This document shows, piece after piece, positions 15,001 to 18,710 of a stretch of 18,710 nucleotides of DNA. The stretch is from a virus (Duplodnaviria > Heunggongvirae > Uroviricota > Caudoviricetes): the IMG/VR virus record IMGVR_UViG_2541047722_000004; one strand, 5' to 3'. The position numbers and the translations under genes were made by a program. The notes below the pieces were generated by a model. That model did not search any database. It had not been told where the DNA came from and saw only the letters and a list, made by a program, of their open reading frames with translations. Each line of letters opens with the position of its first letter. The first letter of the stretch is position 1.

Positions 15001-18000
15001 ATGGCAGAGCAAACCTCGCGTCTCGCAATAATTATTGATAGCACTGGAGCGAAAAATAATGCTGACAATCTGGCCTCCTCATTAGTCAAAATGACGCAGG
15101 CTGGGGAAACTGCTGCAAATAGCGCAGGGAAAGTGACTAAGGCAACAGAAGATGAGAAGAACGCGCTCGCAAAATTAAAAGCAGCTATTGATCCAGTTGG
15201 TGCCGCAATTGATACTGTCGGTCGACGCTATTCTGAATTAAAGAAATTTTTCGATAAAGGGCTTATTGATAAAGAAGAATATGAATTTCTTGTCCGTAAA
15301 CTTAATGAAACCACAGAGGAATTGAGCGGGGTTGCGCAAGCGCAGAGAGAAGCCGAGAAGGCCGGAAAACTTGCTGCCGCCCAGCAGGAAGCGCAGGCTC
15401 AGGTCTTTCAAAGAATGCTGGACAAGATCGACCCTCTGGCTGCGGCGCTAAGAAATCTTGAACAACAGCAGGATGAACTTAATGCTGCGTTTGCATCCGG
15501 GAAAATAAATGGTTCTCAGTTTGAGAATTATAGCCGAAAAATACAGGAAACACGGCGAGAGCTTACCGGAGAGGCTCAGGCAGAGCGAGAAGCAGCAAAA
15601 GCACATGATGAACAGGTTGCTGCTTTGCAACGTCTGATTGCTCAACTTGATCCTGTCGGAACTGCTTTTAATCGTCTGGTAGAACAACAGAAACAGCTCA
15701 ATGAAGCAAAAGCTAAGGGGATGCTTTCTCCTGAAATGTATGAGGAGCTTTCTGGAAAACTTCGTGCTATGCGGAGTGAGCTTGAGGTTACTCAATCGCA
15801 ATTAAGCAAAACCGGAATGTCGGCAAAACAAACGGCTTTTGCTATGCGCATGTTGCCTGCACAAATGACGGATATTGTTGTTGGGTTGTCCACTGGTCAG
15901 TCGCCATTTATGGTGTTAATGCAGCAGGGCGGCCAGCTAAAAGATATGTTCGGTGGGATTGGCCCGGCGATCAAAGGTGTAGGTTCTTATGTGCTGGGAT
16001 TAATTAATCCTTTTACCCTGGCCGCAGCAGCCGTTGGCGTCTTAGGGCTGGCTTACTATAAAGGCTCTCAGGAGCAGGACGAATTTAATAAATCTCTTAT
16101 TCTTACCGGAAATCAGTTGGGGACAACCAGCGGGCAATTGGCCGATATAGCTCAACGTGCCGGGAATGCGGCTGATTCGACAACTGGCGCTGCGGCGGCA
16201 GTATTAAACCAGCTTGTGCGTTCGGGAAAGGTAGCGAGCAGTTCGCTGGAGCAAGTGACGACAGCGATAGTAAAAACGAGCGAAGTAACAGGAATATCAA
16301 CCGAACAACTGGTTAATGACTTCAATGAAATTGCAAAGGATCCTGTCAGTGCTATATCAAAACTTAATGATCAGTACCATTTTCTGACACTTGCGACTTA
16401 TAACCAGATTAAGGCGCTACAGGATGAAGGGAACCAGCAGGAGGCCGCCCGCATTGCGACAGAAGCATACTCATCCTCAATGATCCAGCGCACCAACCAG
16501 ATTAAAGAAAATCTTGGTTATCTTGAGACTGCATGGAAAGCTGTCGCAGACTCCGCAAAATGGGCATGGGATTCCATGCTGGATATTGGCCGTGAGGCCT
16601 CCCTTGATCAAAAAATCTCAGATGTTCTCCGTCAAATTGATGAAATAGAAAAAAATACCCGACCCGGAGTTTTCGGGTTAGGTGGCATTGGAGATGGCGG
16701 AGCTCAAAATAAAAAGCTGGCACGATTAAAGCAGCAATTGGGCGTACTTCAAGCAGAAAAAATTGCTCAGGACGTACTAAATTCATCAATAAACGATTAC
16801 AACAAGCGACAACAGGAAGGAATTGAACTCAGACAGAGAGCAGATGCTTTTTCAAAACAATATCAGACCCGGGAGCAGCAGAGAGCTAGTGAACTTGCAA
16901 AACTGGAAAAGCTAAAGAATCAGTATTCAAAGGAAGAATATAATAATCTTATCGCTCAAATAAATGAGCGTTATAAAGATCCAAAGCAACCAAAGGCGAA
17001 AGGTTATTCGGATGATGCTGCCCAACGAATGATTGATCATCTGAATCAACAGAATGCGTTACTAAGTTCACAAGCTGAATTGACCGTTAAATTAAGTTCC
17101 TCTGAACAGGAACTGGTTAAGTGGCGTCAGCAGATTGCCGACCTGGAGTCACGACCGTCATCGAAATTAACCCAGGATCAGAAATCGCTTCTCTTACACC
17201 GGGAAGAAATAACCGCGTTGATGGAGAAAAATGTTGCGATTGAAAAAAATAACAGGCTAATCAAAGAATCCGCCGAAATAGCCGCATGGCGTGATTCATT
17301 GCAGGCTTCGATTGATAATCGTCAGCAGGGGTATGATATTCAGATTGCTGGTTATGGGGTTGGCGATAAAAATCAGCAACGCCAGCAGGAATTACTGCGG
17401 ATTGAACGTGAATATAACAATCAGCGTCTGCAACTTGAACGTGACTATGCAGATAAATCCCGTGGAATGTCAAATCATGTTTTTCAGGAGAAAATGCAGG
17501 CTCTGAATGATGCTCTGGAGCGAGAAAAAGAAATTGTCAGCCAGAAAAACGAGCAGCTCGATATTCAGGCAGGAGACTGGATTAGTGGTGCCTCCCAGGG
17601 ATTCAATAACTGGCTGGATGACACTAAGGATATCGGTGCGCAAATAAAATCAACCACGACTCAGATGTTTGATGGGATGACCGATGCGCTAGGTGATTTT
17701 GTCACGACAGGCAAGGCAAATTTTCGTTCTTTCGCTACTTCCGTGATTTCAGATCTTAGTCGAATTGCATTAAAGGCTTCAATTACTGGGATTTTCGACA
17801 GCATTAGTAACAGTTCTTCTGGGGGTATTTTAGGAACTATCGGGAGTGCTATTAGTAAATTTATTCCGAATGCAAAGGGCGGTGTTTATGAGTCTCCGTC
17901 ATTGAGTACATATTCGAACGGTATTTATGACTCCCCGCAATTTTTTGCTTTTGCAAAAGGAGCTGGTGTTTTTGGTGAGGCTGGACCGGAAGCTATTATG

Positions 18001-18234
18001 CCATTAACGCGAACTTCCGATGGTTCTCTTGGTGTCAGAGCTATTAATAGTAAAAGTGGTAATGGAGGCAGAGATATTACTTATGCCCCTGTATACCAAA
18101 TCACTATTCAAAATGACGGCCAGAATGGAGAGATTGGTCCTCAGGCAATAAAAGCACTTATGGGGATGGTTGATCAGCGGGTGCAGGGCGCTCTGTTAAA
18201 TATGCGACGTGATGGAGGAATGTTAAGTGGCTAA
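15001..18234 (+). CDS. Tail tape measure protein
   Basis: 1077 aa, the longest ORF, following the G/GT chaperones. Coiled-coil-rich N-terminal part with internal repeats, a central hydrophobic segment ([20 protein letters not shown]...[14 protein letters not shown]), and a long helical C-terminal part. Confidence 0.9.
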   Translation: MAEQTSRLAIIIDSTGAKNNADNLASSLVKMTQAGETAANSAGKVTKATEDEKNALAKLKAAIDPVGAAIDTVGRRYSELKKFFDKGLIDKEEYEFLVRKLNETTEELSGVAQAQREAEKAGKLAAAQQEAQAQVFQRMLDKIDPLAAALRNLEQQQDELNAAFASGKINGSQFENYSRKIQETRRELTGEAQAEREAAKAHDEQVAALQRLIAQLDPVGTAFNRLVEQQKQLNEAKAKGMLSPEMYEELSGKLRAMRSELEVTQSQLSKTGMSAKQTAFAMRMLPAQMTDIVVGLSTGQSPFMVLMQQGGQLKDMFGGIGPAIKGVGSYVLGLINPFTLAAAAVGVLGLAYYKGSQEQDEFNKSLILTGNQLGTTSGQLADIAQRAGNAADSTTGAAAAVLNQLVRSGKVASSSLEQVTTAIVKTSEVTGISTEQLVNDFNEIAKDPVSAISKLNDQYHFLTLATYNQIKALQDEGNQQEAARIATEAYSSSMIQRTNQIKENLGYLETAWKAVADSAKWAWDSMLDIGREASLDQKISDVLRQIDEIEKNTRPGVFGLGGIGDGGAQNKKLARLKQQLGVLQAEKIAQDVLNSSINDYNKRQQEGIELRQRADAFSKQYQTREQQRASELAKLEKLKNQYSKEEYNNLIAQINERYKDPKQPKAKGYSDDAAQRMIDHLNQQNALLSSQAELTVKLSSSEQELVKWRQQIADLESRPSSKLTQDQKSLLLHREEITALMEKNVAIEKNNRLIKESAEIAAWRDSLQASIDNRQQGYDIQIAGYGVGDKNQQRQQELLRIEREYNNQRLQLERDYADKSRGMSNHVFQEKMQALNDALEREKEIVSQKNEQLDIQAGDWISGASQGFNNWLDDTKDIGAQIKSTTTQMFDGMTDALGDFVTTGKANFRSFATSVISDLSRIALKASITGIFDSISNSSSGGILGTIGSAISKFIPNAKGGVYESPSLSTYSNGIYDSPQFFAFAKGAGVFGEAGPEAIMPLTRTSDGSLGVRAINSKSGNGGRDITYAPVYQITIQNDGQNGEIGPQAIKALMGMVDQRVQGALLNMRRDGGMLSG

Positions 18235-18565
18235 TACGGAAGAATTTTACTGGTTACCAGAGGATGGAATGAAAACAGAAAATAAGCCATCGATAAAAAC
18301 TGTAAGATTTGGCGATGGTTATGAACAACGAAGCCCAAACGGACTTAATCATTCTCTGCGTGTTTTTACCTGTGATTTCAGGGTTGAGGCGAATGAACGT
18401 AATTCATTTGAACTGTTTCTGGCTCGGCATGGAGGCTATAAATCTTTTTTTTGGCGCCCGCCGGGTATTAACAGAAAAATCAGAGTGGTGTGTCGAACGT
18501 GGTCAGCGACAGAACATATCACCTATACCGATTTTTCGTGTCAGTTTGACGAAGTGGTGATCTGA
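18227..18565 (+). CDS. Minor tail protein M (lambda gpM-like)
   Basis: 112 aa from GTG 18227, overlapping the tape measure stop by 8 nt. Contains [16 protein letters not shown]...[12 protein letters not shown]...F..QFDEVV, matching lambda M (VRFGDGYSQRAPAGLN...HGGWKSFLWTPP...FEQVV) from memory. Confidence 0.85.
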   Translation: MANTEEFYWLPEDGMKTENKPSIKTVRFGDGYEQRSPNGLNHSLRVFTCDFRVEANERNSFELFLARHGGYKSFFWRPPGINRKIRVVCRTWSATEHITYTDFSCQFDEVVI

Positions 18566-18710
18566 TGCAGGACATACGACAGGAAACACATCATGAGACG
18601 ACACGCCTTACTCAGTCAGCCCAGGTGGTGCTCTGGGAAATCGATCTGACAGAGGTCGGTGGTGAACGTTATTTTTTCTGTAATGAGCAGAACGAAAAAG
18701 GTGAGCCGGT
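18565..18710 (+). CDS. Minor tail protein L (lambda gpL-like), 5-prime partial, truncated by the window end
   Basis: ATG at 18565 overlaps the M stop (TGATG). Translation [48 protein letters not shown] is near-identical to the lambda L N-terminus as recalled. Confidence 0.85.
   Translation, partial: MQDIRQETHHETTRLTQSAQVVLWEIDLTEVGGERYFFCNEQNEKGEP

Larger units (their letters stand above)
1..18710 (+). mobile_element. Segment of a lambdoid (Rac-like) prophage: lysis-cassette remnant, moron, DNA packaging, head and tail morphogenesis genes, all co-oriented
   Basis: Uninterrupted + strand series of phage genes in canonical late-operon order (Rz/Rz1, TerS, TerL, portal, head morphogenesis, scaffold, capsid, connectors, tail tube, G/GT chaperone, tape measure, M, L). 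Frequent overlapping stop/start codons (ATGA, TGATG) typical of phage morphogenesis operons. Neither end of the element is in the window. Confidence 0.85.

Noticed and set aside
15448-17506. Several minus-strand and alternative-frame ORFs inside the tape measure gene (15448..15801, 16103..16300, 16502..16789, 17261..17473, 17291..17506)
   Set aside because: Nested in a 1077-codon gene; no RBS or recognisable product.
18309-18560. + strand alternative-frame ORF (83 aa) inside the M gene
   Set aside because: The M frame has clear lambda gpM similarity; this frame does not.
1-18710. Search for tRNA, CRISPR repeats, integrase or att sites, IS elements, toxin-antitoxin or defence cassettes
   Set aside because: No cloverleaf-like or regularly spaced direct-repeat structures seen, and no minus-strand or intergenic space large enough to hold such a system; the + strand is fully occupied by phage late genes plus trkG.

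Overview
This window reads as one contiguous stretch of a lambdoid, Rac-like prophage from an enterobacterium, with every credible gene on the + strand. In order: a decayed lysis-cassette end (Rz-like spanin without its N-terminal membrane anchor, intact embedded Rz1 lipoprotein), the AT-rich K+ transporter moron trkG, a translationally coupled ParB-like / GT-A-like gene pair, a small HTH-like ORF, terminase small and large subunits, portal, head morphogenesis protein, scaffold, major capsid, four small connector/neck genes, major tail tube, tail assembly chaperones with a -1 frameshift site, tape measure, and lambda M- and L-like minor tail proteins (L cut by the window end). The most likely candidate for something undescribed is the ParB-like / GT-A-like pair sitting just upstream of the terminase, which I propose as a DNA- or virion-modification module; this rests on motif resemblance only and is unproven. 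Other points worth a second look are a TGCGCA hexamer array inside the 5-prime part of terS, three intrinsic terminators that all carry TTCG loops, and a Cys4 motif in TerS. All similarity statements are from reading the translations and from memory of lambda and E. coli K-12 Rac; no searches were run. No tRNA, rRNA, CRISPR array, integrase or IS element is visible.
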